A stretch of 63,027 bases of DNA, filler included, from Sphacelaria rigidula (GCA_964200075.2; 10 parts of 10 records of this genome joined end to end with filler, not necessarily neighbours in it), one strand, 5' to 3'. Positions 36,801 through 49,413 are shown, counted from the first letter of the whole stretch. Notes: a model not told the origin generated them from the letters alone. Numbers and translations: made by a program.

Positions 36801-39504
36801 GTCGGTGGATCGCCTCGTGGAGAGCGTCACCGGGCACTCCTCAGACAATCTATTGGATTGAAATCAAGCTTGTGGAACTGCGGACGGTAAATCTGTAGGA
36901 CTCCCCTCATGCGATTTTTGTCATCGGTTCCGTAGAATTGCCGTGGCGTTTTTGAGTGAAGAATTGGTTTTGTAACGCTTACGGATGATGATTTTTGCTC
37001 GAAGCTCCTGGGCCGGTGCAAGAAGATGCTTCGCGGGGTTTGCAATTGAAAGGGTCGGTGCTATCGTCTTTGTGCTGGTACATTGAAAAATGGTGTCCGG
37101 ATGTTGTGGAAGGCGACTTTGTGCGCTTCAGGAACGTACGTGCGCGAGGCGGGAGTAGCGCTCTGCAATAGAATGGGATACTGTCTAGTATACGAGCGAT
37201 GAGCTTCTTTGACATGCATGTCCCGCTTTGAACCGCTGTGCGACCTGGGCCAGTTCGCAGCCATTTTGTTTCGCTCGACCAGGATTGCCCAGCGAAAATT
37301 TGCAGACTTACAAGCTTTTGTTTTCAAGCATCAAACCATCGATGCGAGCGAAGTAACCGACATTTTACGAGGAGGGGGAAAGCAGAAAGTTGAGGCCGTT
37401 TGAAGTCGAAATGCCATACCCCCTACATGAGGACACGAAAGCCGACCTCCACACCAGCCCCAAGACTATTTCGAACATAATAATTGTGCATTGCGTGGCA
37501 GCAGGTTTCAGACCGCATGAAGTGCCCCATGGGGCCGACATTGACGGATGTTGTCCCAAGCGTACCAGTTTTCCAGCTAGTCGGTGCGCTCGACAATCGT
37601 CATTTTGATTCGCATGTAGATATGGCCTCTTGAAACACACCCCTTTTCTGCAGGGGGGGTTACCGAGGCCTCAATCCGATCAACGACGAAAAAAATACCT
37701 CTCTTGACAAGAATGCCCAAAAAACAAAATACGAGACCTTATGCCCCTTTCGTGAAGCCTGCAGGTTTTCGGGGGGGGNNNNNNNNNNNNNNNNNNNNNN
37801 NNNNNNNNNNNNNNNNNNNNNNTTAATTAATTAANNNNNNNNNNNNNNNNNNNNNNNNNNNNNNNNNNNNNNNNNNNNGGCGGTGGGGGGGAAGGGGGGA
37901 GGCGGGGGGGGGGGGGAGGGCGGGGGGCAGGGAGGGGGTGCGGCACGGGGGAGGACTCTGGCCCTTGATACGCACGATATACCCGAAATCCTAACCCAAC
38001 GCTCGAGGGATGATAGTACTTGCCGACACTGCACCGAACGTGCGGGCGGGCGACAGCAACTGTAAGACAGTGAACAAAAAACGTGTCGATTGTTTTACTG
38101 TACTGTCTGTACTGTCGAAAGGGCCGCGCTTCCGATTTCTTTTCTGTATCAGCAACCAGCCGTGTGCACAGGTAGGTCATCGAGAACGTGACAAGGTGCA
38201 GCAGCTCCCCACGCTCGCGTGTAACTACCTTTCCGCTACACACAACATAGCTCCGGAGCTGCATGTATTTTCGTGTCCAGAGCGAAAGTCCACGGAAGTA
38301 CATGTACATGTGATGAATTCGCGTGCGAGGCCATGATGTTTCGTCATTGGATGTCCATACTTCAGACACGTGACAAGCCATCTCGAAAGGAAATGGAAAG
38401 CTTCACCCGTGAGTGATGTCTGTAATTCACAAAGCACCAACAAAAACAACGGAGGGCTGTCAAGTTTATCCTCCGTTTTGGGCGCAACTTCTGCTGCTGC
38501 TGCTGCTGCTGCATGTACAGAGGGTTGGTACACGTCCAGCAGACACCGCTGCGTGCACAGACGCTACGCACCGTTGGAACGGTGTGACGTGCTGTACTGT
38601 GTACAGAAGGGAGCGGCGGGAATTGCGTGCAACTACAAGTACAGAGCTGTTGGTCGGAACGGGGTTGGCAGAATGTATCGGAGAGAGACAGCGCTAGCAG
38701 CCTGAGTTTGCCATAGTCCAACGACCTCAGAAGGTCATGCACATCATTGTGTACCCACGCTAGGAAGTAACGCAGATAGCACAGCAATGGTAACTGGTTG
38801 CTCACAGCACTCAACTCTGGTGATTTCGTCCTGTCCTACGATATATATGGCTTGTAAAAGTTTGCAAAAGCACGCAAAACCATGAGGATCGTATACAGAA
38901 GTACAGTAGCACTTCTTTTTACACTACGGTCGGACACAAGTGGAAAAAAGGTACAATGCCGGCAGTGTCGACACCTGGCATAGGATGGACAAATCCAGAC
39001 CCCTCGAATTGTCGTCGTGTGTAGAATATGCTTGGCAGATGCAGCAGTGCATGGAGCATCACGGATGGCCACGACGAGCTAGATTTAGATCGGCGCATCT
39101 TTCCTCCACACTTACAGGCTGGTCATGATGGGCATAACGCAATCCCCTCTCCCATCCAACATGTTCGCAAATGCACCATTGAAAGACAGAGTACGGTATG
39201 CACGGTACAGGGGATGCAAAAGAAAGTACAGTAATCAAATAGAGACAGCGTGACTCTACTCTGGCCTGTTATCGCTGAAACGTGCACGAGCACACACCGA
39301 GGCGCCCGCCGTTTGTTGGAAGGCCTAACGCACACGAAGACAGCATCACTGAACATGAAGGATCACCGTACACGACATACTTCGACCCACGGCATCGACA
39401 GTGGTACATGCCTGGTACCTTGCTGGAACACAGCATTGCTTGTGATGCACAGCAGCACTGTGACCGCACTGGCAAACAGTTGTCACATTTCACCCAAACC
39501 TCAC

Positions 39505-39630
39505 CTCGACGGTCGGGTTCCCGCGAGAGTCGATGATGTACCTTCCCTTCACAGCCGTGACAGCAGACATGTGGCGGGCAATCACGGGCCGGGCCGCACG
39601 GGCAGCAGCGGTGGATGCAGAGGCAAGCAT
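39505..39630 (-). CDS. ENO: Enolase, first exon, with a mitochondrial-type presequence
   Basis: ACCATG start; MLASASTAAARAARPVIARHMSAVTAVKGRYIIDSRGNPTVE followed by a GTGAG donor. DSRGNPTVE is the enolase N-terminal signature. The ~20-aa extension is Ala/Ser/Arg-rich with no acidic residues. Confidence 0.92.
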
Positions 39631-40238
39631 GGTGCAGTATTCCTTGGGAGATTTCGGGGTGTACTTCGTGGTATTGTGAAGGCTGCGGAGCACTCCCCGT
39701 GCACAACCCCCAAACAGCCGGCGGTGGGCGTCCGGTCCAGTGTGGTTCTAAACGGAGGCTTTTTTTGAAACCGTCATGTGTCGACGCGACCAAAAAAACA
39801 CGGTATCCAAAACGGAGACCGCTTGCTGCTGGAATGCGAACAGTAGTTGTATGCATTTCGAAGTGGCGAGTAGGAGTTTCACAACTTCGTTATTCAAGCG
39901 TAGATCCTGCAGCTGTACACGCACCCCAAACTTCCTCGCTACTAGATTGCGCCGTTTTGTGGTACGCGCAGCTGCTACTGTCGTATTGAGTCTGGCTGGC
40001 TGGCTGCGTTATTTGACCGCAGTTGTTGGGGTTGCGGAGCAACAGCTGTTGTGCCGCCTTTCGATATGCGACGGCGTTCGCGTATCGGTCCCATTCTAGT
40101 AATCCTGCCGGTTTGCACCGGGTCTAAGTCGCGACAAAGACATCAATAATTTTGGATCGAAAATCAAGTAGGTGACTTTCCATTTGAGAAAAGGGCAAAC
40201 CGTACGACTTCCACGAGAAGCAACCGGCTGCTACAACG

Positions 40239-43200
40239 ATGGGGCTTTTGGTTCGACGCGCGGAGCCGGGAGACCAGCGGGGCCTCACCCCTCTCATCAG
40301 CAAAGCGGGTGGCCCAGCTATGGTGAGTACGGAAGAAGAACAGAGAATCCTCGTAAAACCATGGATCGTGTGCCCATTGCAATACCACCGTTGCTGTACC
40401 GTGCTGTATATGCAGTATATATCGTCGATTCTCATTTTCGGGCATGCAAATGGTCAGCCACAACAGTGGAGTGACTCTGCACCTCCGACTCACCACTGAT
40501 ACTCGAACCACAGGGCGTTAGATTTTCCACAAGTCCTCGTTACCCTCGCTCAAAGATCAACTGCATTACTACGCCCTCGTTGAGCTTCTGAGCACTTGAC
40601 TGCGCTTTCTCGCCAAGTCACATCCGTCATGCACGTGAAAGCTGAGAGCATGACATCAGAACAAATCCATGCCGCAGCTTGCCCCCCACTACCGGTATAA
40701 TTGCGGGAATAATATCATTAGATTGTACGGGTCGGCTCTGTCTCCCAGGACTCTGTTACCGATGTACACGCATCACCGCCGTTGTACAGCGAGCAGGCAT
40801 CTACCTCTATGCTCTGCTGCGCAACACAGAAACATTTGCCTTGATACCGACACAGCAAATACGCTAGAGCAACTCCACCCATTCCCCTTCGCTGCCACCT
40901 CGCTCGTGCCGTACACAAAATGCATGCGCAACATGAAACAATGTCGCAGTTCCGTAAGCTATTCGGGTCGTACAACCTGGGCCAGATGATCGAGACGTCT
41001 TACCTATCCGTCAGCGCAGTATTCGTCGCCGACAAAGACAACCGCGGACATGAATCACCCCCACCTGCGACGTCAATAGCGAAACCTCTAGAAACCTTGG
41101 TGGGATTCGCCATTCTTTCAGACAACCCACGCTCCGGTCTTTCCGAAGATTGGCTCGCGTGGTTCTCGGAGACACACGCTCCGGTGGATGCAGAGGTGAC
41201 CATGACCAACACATTGTGGGTGGATTTTGCAGTGGCGTTGGGCACCCAGGCCACTGCGGGTCGGCTGGGGGAACATCGCGACGATGGTTACGAACAAGAG
41301 GAAGAAGCGGCCGGGGTAATCGAGAACATCGTGCGAACGGTCTTCAACACTCTTCCCGAGGTAAACGCTCTGCGCATTTGCGTAAAAAGGCGTTATTTTG
41401 TTGCACTAGTGGTATAGACTGGTATAACAAAGTATTCAAAAACCACGAAATAGGATACTTCGTATGCATGTATCATCTGGATACGAAGTAGGACATTGAT
41501 TTAAGTTAATGTCTGGTGCAAACAATATTTCATGTTACTTCACTCCCCAGTGTACAATCCTTTGGCCAGGTCGTATACTCTCTCAATATCTAATATTTGA
41601 ACATTTACTGGTGCTACTCTAGGCGAAGGATTTATGCTGCTGGTGCGAAGAAACACGCCTGAATGGTTGTGCGCAAAGAACGACCACGATGTCTCGTGGA
41701 GACGTGGCAACGCTACGTCTGCGCAGTTCCTCGTCGTTTGCGGTTTTCTGCTGAAACGACGGTGCCATCCGCGCTGTTTGGTGGTTGACTGCCTGGACAG
41801 GTGGACTACTTGGTTATGAGCCTGCCGGGCAACGAGGATGGGAATGCCAAAAGGGCGGTACCGACGCCCAAGTATTTGTTGCGTGCGTTTGAGGTTCTGG
41901 CGCGGCACGCCGACGCATTGCCCAGCAATCTGGACGAGGCGTACGGCAAACCTTTGCTGTTGCTGTGCGATCGAATGGCGTTCCTACCTACACTCGCTGT
42001 GAGAGCGCAGGACATATGAGCACAGGATAGCTGGTAATACCGCTGCCAGTGGTGCGGGTTCCGTCCCACCCTCACGAACAAACTGTAATCTGCCGACCGC
42101 GATTTTAATATTATGAATCGATAATCGCTTGTATTCTCTTTAGTTTGTCCGTCGATCGTTTGGCGGTCTTTCGGGCATAGTAGTTGTCACCGAGACCTGA
42201 TGAATGAATTCAACACAAGATTTCGTCCCGCGGCTTCATGGAGGCGACACCCACCTTGCTAGATCTGTGTTTATTCGCAGTTGTCGAAAATGTGGGGGAT
42301 GGGGCGAAGTGTTTTTCACAAAAAGAGAGAGAAAGAAACGCAGCAGCTACTGGAGGGAAAAAAAGGACGCGGTTCGATTGCTTTGTGGCAAAAGCCTGAG
42401 CACAAGGTCGTCGCAAAACTGTTTCATTCATATTCGTGTGTACGGCGTACTCGTTTTTTTAATTTCGTGATGACGAGTTTTGTCGACATACCTTCCCTAT
42501 ACTAATACCAGGCACAGGAGTAAGGCAAAACGTTCGAGGGATGTCGTACAACCGTGCTAGCTGAGTTGGTACATTATGCCATTGACCCGGTCATTGACAC
42601 AGGATGCACCTACGTACTTACTTCGTACGCAGGTCCGACCAGCCTGTGTGGAGGACCACGACGACTTGATGCCGGTCTTCGCCGCGCAAAGCGACCTTCT
42701 CAGTGCCACTTACGGGGAGTTCTTCCTGGCGGATATGATAGAGCTTCAAGACGACGAAAACAAGGTGCTATTGGTTGAACAACAAAATCTCATACTCGGG
42801 CTTGCAACTAGCTCTCGCGCGTGACTCAGACGTCACCCAGGTACTGATATATATTTTGTGTCACGACTACCGCCAGCTATAGACTGTGTTCGCAATATAT
42901 ACCGCCTCGCCCGTGTTGCTGACTCATCTGATTTGACATTGAGAGTCTAGAGCCGAACGCCGTGGCTCACAAGGCGCATGCGCCAATCTCGTGCGTCCGA
43001 ATCGCTTGTTCGGGCGTCCATTGGCAACCGCTTGAGTTGGGCTTGTGCCTTGTGGATTTACTCGAACCCAAAGTTTTGTTCGATATCCTGTGAGTGGGTC
43101 ACGTAAGAACCGTTAACGTGATTTTAAAGGCGCTGGTGGCACTGGTGCAAGGGCGAGCGTGTGGACTCTTGGCGACGTCCAGCGATCTGGAGCTCAGCTT

Positions 43201-43973
43201 ACTGCAGAACTGCTTCGAACTTGACAACTACGAGCACCTGGTCAAGGTAGGGCTTGTATTCGGCTTGAAGAACAGACTTGAAACCAAAATATCAACCTCC
43301 CTAAGCTCAACCCGCAATAGTGCAGGCGGAACAAAACCCAAGGCGGGCGGCTACTTCATCCGTTGCGCTCAATTTTCGGCACGTCTGAAGGGTATCACCC
43401 ACCCCCGCCTTGTCGCAACCTCGCGTTAGGCCATGTGTCTAGCTTGCGCTCGTCTCAGAATAGCACCACGGATCTCCCCACCAGTTGCAACGGATATACG
43501 GTGGGACTATCGAACAACGTCGCTGAACCCCTCGCGTCCCCCGGCCCCCCCCCCCCCGCTCCTCCGGACCTCCGGCGCTACTCGCAACCACCCCCCCAAC
43601 CACGCACGCCCCCCCCCCCCCCCCGCCCCATCCTTCCCACAAATTGTTTTGAATCTTGACGACAATGTCTACTCCTACTTGAAAAAACAGCTGATCCCAT
43701 ACTCACCTCCACCTCCTTCCCTTCCTCGGTTCCCTTAGATTCCCCAGGAAACACGGATGCAGATCGCCGCTGGCCGCCGCCGTAAGTCAGACGGCGTTGG
43801 AGGGCCAGGCGAAGCCGATCTTCAGGTGGTTGAGGCGTTACGAGTCCTTGTGCTAGGCCCCCCGGGCGCGGGAAAAACGACGCTAGCCATGGCTTTAGCC
43901 GCTCAGTATGGGTTAATCCTGGTGTCGGTGGATATGGAGGCAAAAGAAGCGGCGGAATTGGGCTCGCAACAAG
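40239..43973 (+). CDS. CFAP61: Cilia- and flagella-associated protein 61 (N-terminal part) continuing into an adenylate-kinase-like P-loop
   Basis: Phase-consistent exons: 40239-40322 (MGLLVRRAEPGD..), 40950-41360 (FG.YNL..MIETS; NTLWVDF; IVRTVFNTLPE), 41801-41998, 42633-42764 (VRPACVEDHDDLMPVF..QS...YGEFFLADMIE.QDDENK, typical of CFAP61), 43130-43246 (FELDNYEHLVK), 43739-43973 (RVLVLGPPGAGKTTLAMALAAQYGL). Confidence 0.9.
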
Positions 43974-44255
43974 GTAAGGAAGTATAGCCCTTTCTCGTTG
44001 TGGGATGGGGGGGGGGGGGGGGGGGAGCACAAAATTATAATTAGATTCAAAAGAGAACAAAAAAAAACAAAACACCACACCAAAAAAAAAANNNNNNNNN
44101 NNNNNNNNNNNNNNNNNNNNNNNNNNNNNNNNNNNTTAATTAATTAANNNNNNNNNNNNNNNNNNNNNNNNNNNNNNNNNNNNNNNNNNNNGTAAAAGCT
44201 CCAAAAATACATTTTTCTGGGTTTTTATTTTTGTCTATTATAAGAAGCGGCCTAA

Positions 44256-44429
44256 GGCCAACTCTTATGGAAGCGTTTGAAATTTTATTTTGCAACAATT
44301 TCAGAGGAGTTTTTTTTTTCTTTGCCATCATGGTGAACGGGCAAAAAATACACAACTACGGCAAAGAAAAAAAAAGTTGTTTAATATTATTGCAAAATAA
44401 AATTCTAAACGCTCCCACAAGAGTTGGTC
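44256..44429. mobile_element. PIF/Harbinger (Tourist-like) MITE, 174 bp
   Basis: TAA|GGCCAACTCTTATGGAAGCGTTTGAAATTTTATTTTGCAA...TTGCAAAATAAAATTCTAAACGCTCCCACAAGAGTTGGTC|TAA, with ~44-bp terminal inverted repeats and a 3-bp TAA target-site duplication. Confidence 0.85.
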
Positions 44430-45815
44430 TAAGGCATGGCCTGAGTCAACGACGAGAGTTGGAGAATGAGCATATTGTATCTGCTTGTATGCTAAAGGAG
44501 GGGATCATTCGAAATAATGCGCTGCCGTGTGCAGCGCGAAAGATCACAAAGAACGCCTTCATACAACTGAGCGATGCCTACATGCACTTTGTACCTACTG
44601 TACCGCCACCATCGGAGTATACTGCTGCGCTGCGCGATTTGCATGCGAGATTTGAATGATATCACGTTTTCCCGCGGGTGCGCGACATGATATACCAGAG
44701 GTATGTCTATATGTATGGTACACACATGATCATTTGGGCTCACTCTCTGCTAACACGGCATCGAGATCACGGCCAAAAACGTCCGTCGTTATGTCCAAGT
44801 TATGACGCACTTCCACAGTTTGTGAAGACACATTGGACATGGAGTAACCACGACGCGCAGTACACGAGACCTGTCTTCGACCAACTTGGAAGTTTCCGTA
44901 ATTGATCCGTGCACACATTCGTATATTGCTCAAGATGCACCCACTGACCACCAATCGTTTATTGCACTGCACTTGACATGACACTTACCCAATGCGCAGA
45001 CTTCGATGCTGAACCTTGAAACTTGGCGGCCTGTACTGCTGCTGCAGTTTGTGATACAATGGTGCGGATCCCCTCCAGTTGGAATGTCGATCGCAGGGCG
45101 ATTACGCCTCTGCTGGCTATAAACGTGCAGAGTGCGACAAATCAAAACCTCAATCAGAAATTACGTGGTCTACATCAGTGGTGACCGCCGTACGCTCACA
45201 GCTTACACCACACACAGCTGCAACCCTTACACGCAGCTACAACGCGAGCCCGTAGACCTGGGTCATATTCGCCTCATGTCAATGTGTCAGACCTGTGGTC
45301 TTTGAGAGAGAGGGCTGGAGAAGAATGGAGAAAAAAAAAACATCCGACCTATCGGGAGTGCAGTCTACAGATTTTGTGAGAGTAGTATCCGTTTGTTCGA
45401 GAAAACGAAAGCACTCTCAATGAAGCTATTCTGACTTACCAAAAACACAGAATGAGTACACGTACTCATGTAGGTTTGTCGTGATCACAACAACATTGTT
45501 GGTTCAAAAGTCAGAAGGAGCCGGAATGCTACAAACCAAACTGCGAGAAAACTATCCACAGAATTATCTACGGAGCAAATTTGTACCTGCCCAACAGCCA
45601 ACATCAGCATAGTAAAGACCACCTTCGGCTAAGTCCATAAGTGAAGAATTGGAACAAGCGTGCGAAAGGCGGCCTCAAAGTACTCGACTGACAAGAATTT
45701 CACTCAGAGTGACGAGCTGAACTGTGGTGCTGCGTGGTCGGTGCTGCGTGTGTGGGTTTGCTAGAAATATTACTACGTGGAAGAAGTTGAGAGCTAACCT
45801 CAAAGTTAGAGTATA

Positions 45816-46932
45816 ATGGTGGTCCGGCCTTCGATGACTGAGCGCGATAAGCGAGATGCCGCGGTTGAGGAGCTGCTGAGCACGGAGGCGACTTACGTAT
45901 CTGATATGAAGGTGCATTTCTTCCGTGTTTGTGTGCTCGACCGTTCTGCGCTGTTTTCTGTCGTTTTCGGGTGATGCGTGACCCCTTGTCTCATTCATGC
46001 TTTCCGCGTGTGAGATGAGAGCTGTCTGTCGGACATTGTGAAGTATCTCTGACTTGTTAATTTTCAAAATGTGATAGTTGTACCTCGCCCAAATGAGATC
46101 ATGGTCGTCAATTATAGTCAGAATTTCCTAAAAACACAGACAACAGTATAGAAGCGGAAGTACACAGTACAGACAGCATACGTAGTATCGTGCACACACC
46201 AGTGTTTGCTTCGGAGACGGTATGCAGACACGAGTTGACATTCTTGAGCCTTGCCATGCACGGTTACGTTGACGGTAGAGAGTGGGTGCACCACACCGTG
46301 GATGCATTAATACGTACGCACCAACTCGCGAAGAGGATAGGATTTGAAGTACCCGTTCTTGTCAGTGAATGATCTGTACGAAAAAAAGCCCTGCTGATGT
46401 ATTTTACACAATTTCGCAAGTCACAACACGTGCGACCCCCCCCCCTCCCCCCCTCCCCCGCTTGTTTGGACCACCCGAACGGTTCAAGGTGCATGCGCGG
46501 TAAGGTGTTACACTGACCTTCCTCTATGCACATCAGTGCCGAAATGACAAGGCAGTTTCGTATCCATCATACCATGTATCGTTCCATAAAAAATGCCGTT
46601 TGCGGTTGTTGCTTTCAGCAAACTGGATCCCCCAATAACAGCAACAAGCAGAGTGCGCTTTGCCATTTATGCGGTTGTCGTGACTCGTATTTTGTTGGTA
46701 CCCTTCAAACAAGAGACTCATTCGTATTTACAAGACTGACTGAACTCCATCCTGCTCCGCCCCTCCGTCCAACGCTACTGTGCCGTTTGCAATTGTCACG
46801 TGTACTCGATACTTCAGCTGTTGGTGGATGTGTTCGTGTTACCTTTGGAAGGCTGGGCTGCTGATATGCAGGCTATGAGAGAATCGGATTCGGGAGACGG
46901 AGAATCACGCCGACCCCACCTTACTCAGCAAG
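45816..46932 (+). CDS. Dbl-homology (DH) RhoGEF domain protein, N-terminal exons
   Basis: Exon 45816-45911 (MVVRPSMTERDKRDAAVEELLSTEATYVSDMK) and exon 46818-46932 (LLVDVFVLPLEGWAADM...) join to give the DH CR1 motif R...V.ELL.TE..YV.D...L...F..PL. Confidence 0.8.
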
Positions 46933-48870
46933 GTAATTGGTGTACGCAGGATAACGGAACAACCTGCTCACTCTCCTCTCTGTAGGTCTCCTCAAGTGTT
47001 GGTACGGGTAGTATTGCTTGAAATATGTTGAATCATTTCGGCTGCGGGGGGTCCTTCAGCCCGAGTAAATTATCTAGCATCGGACCAGTTCCGTGGTTGG
47101 AGCAGAGGAAAGCTCGAATGCGCATATATTTCCCTGTGAGAATCCATTCTCCTCTTGTGCGAGTTCGACATCCATGTATAAAAAACAGAAGATACCTAGC
47201 CATCACCTCATTCGCTAGGCTGTTGCACGGATGGTGTTCGCTTATGCTGATATGTGTACCGCGTGGCTACTATACCCCCCTTCATTGCAGCACAGTACCC
47301 CCTGCCATGAGTTCATATGTGAGCTACTGCAAACCTAGCATCGGTTCCCTTATTTCACGTGTTTACTACAGTGAAATATGGAACTTTGCGGCAAGGCGGA
47401 CCAATTTTGGTAGGCATGTTGGGCGCATGTTTCTTCCATTATACAAAACAAGGAGCCCTGATGTCCCTACTTTCGTTGTACAAGCAAGCGGCGGCACATT
47501 CTTCCATATCTTCAGAGAAGATTCTCTGCACCACAAGGTTTGAGGTTCAAGGTTCGTTGTAGGCTCCTCACGGTGTGGGGTTCCTGGAGCAGCATGACAT
47601 TGTTGAACACCCTGTCGCTCGCCATGTATTCTCGTGCGTATTCTGTACATGTCGCTGGCCACGATAACCGAAACGTTGGCTCTACAGCACATGTCGCATG
47701 TAGTCACATTCGAATATGTGCGTATTGAAGTCCACTGTCTGTACATCAACACACGGCGCAATCAGGCAACTGGCATCATGGCGCATAACTGTGCAGTAGT
47801 AGTCGGCAGGCGCTATCAAGCCTGAAACCCCTTCTCTACTGCACAAGTAAGTCGTTATCGTATTATACTGTAGTTCAATAGGCATATCGTACACTTCTGT
47901 TTGCAGTTACCAAGGCTTGTCCAAGTGCAATGCAGTTCGGTGGTGCAGGTCTCGCCAACCCTTGTTCATAATCCCATGGTCGGAGCGTCGTTTTTGGATT
48001 ATCCCCATGAAGAATGGTTATGTTCATGTTCTGTGATTCCCGGACTCAATTGTACAGTCTGGATATTGGGGGGGAGGCTGGCAGTCGCATGTTTCATGTT
48101 TTTCGTTCTCCAACGTGCAGCCCTCAGGCCCTGTCCTCGCACATTGTTTTCCAAACAAAAAAGTGCGACGAAAAAGAAAATGTCATAATATCAAAATATC
48201 CGACCGTCTAGGTTGTGGGTCGTTACTTTGAAATGCATGATATGGACAAGTATGACGACCTATGATGACACAGTACATCGATAATCCTCTTTCCGCCGCA
48301 CTGTTTCAATCGAGAAAAGATAGCGAAGACGCGCTCTCGCCAAACGGAGGTCAGACGAGCTCTTAGCAAGTCGACCCTTTGACACGAAATTCAACACTTT
48401 GACCGCATCTTGGTCCTGGTTGTTCATCATTCCAATAGATTGCCCGCCCTGGCGGTTAAACGAGGTTGCCCATTGGCGTCGCGCTTCTTTTCGGAATAAT
48501 ATTTCCGGGCCACTTTTGACGTCGGGAATCGGGAACCCCGACGCTCCACTTGACAGCAGCCCTTTTTCATCTCCGAGAACCGATCTCTATCGATGACGAC
48601 ATCCTGCATTTATTGATTCGCCATACCTCGCTGAAGTCAATTTTTGCTTCTCAGTATGAGTTCATTAGAGCAGTGATTCACGACGTGTCTTGAGTGGCTA
48701 ACGTCGTGTCTATTCCGAGGGGCCCTGGCGTAGGGGTTGATCTTTGGACCATCAAGCGTTTGAGATTCATTTCCAACAGGAGCAGTCACTCAGAAAACAC
48801 AATTCAGAACAATGCCGTGCGCTGCACTGGCCAAACCTGCTCCAGTGGTTCGCGGTGGAGAGGCCAACCC

Positions 48871-49257
48871 TTAACCCCTTGGCCAGGGTAGGTAGGTCAT
48901 CTGGATCTTGCATCGATTTTTCATGTGAGATTGGCGCCGATTCAACAGATGACTCTCATATTGGTATTTAGTCGAAAGGGTTGACCCTTTCACCACCAGC
49001 ACAGGCAATCTGTGAATCGGCATCATTTTCCTCGTGGTCAAAAAGTTAACCCTCAGACAGCGATGTGGGTAGTTCATCTGGATCACCTATACTTTTTTCA
49101 AGTGAAAATTGATGCTGATTCAGCAGGTGGCCCACCCTCGCTGTCCAAACCTTAACCCTTAGACCGCAAGGTTAGTCTTCTGTTGAATCGGCATCAATTT
49201 CAAGTGAAGAAAAGTATGCTTGATCCAGAAAGGCTAATGTCGCGGTCTAAGGGTTAA
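48871..49257. mobile_element. Chain of ~60-110-bp piggyBac-type mini-elements joined at TTAA/TTGA sites
   Basis: TTAA or TTGA followed by CCC at 48871, 48981, 49046, 49152 and 49254. The best-preserved unit is 49156-49253: TTAA|CCCTTAGACCGC...GCGGTCTAAGGG|TTAA. Confidence 0.75.
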
Positions 49258-49413
49258 CCCCTTGTATCACAACGTGTCTAGTGTCATACGTTCAAAGCTT
49301 TGGCCCTTTGGACCGCAACACAGCGTTTGTAAATTTCATCGTAGAAGCAGTACTCCACAGCACTCGATGCACGGAGAAGTACTGTAGATTGGCAATTGAC
49401 CGATTGATGTTGA

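Noticed and set aside
459..46932. Galpha + PKG-like kinase + RhoGEF as a signalling gene cluster
   Set aside because: The genes lie on different, size-sorted contigs.
47371..47537. Third RhoGEF exon
   Set aside because: It is in phase but lacks the expected DH CR2 pattern (IF.N...I).
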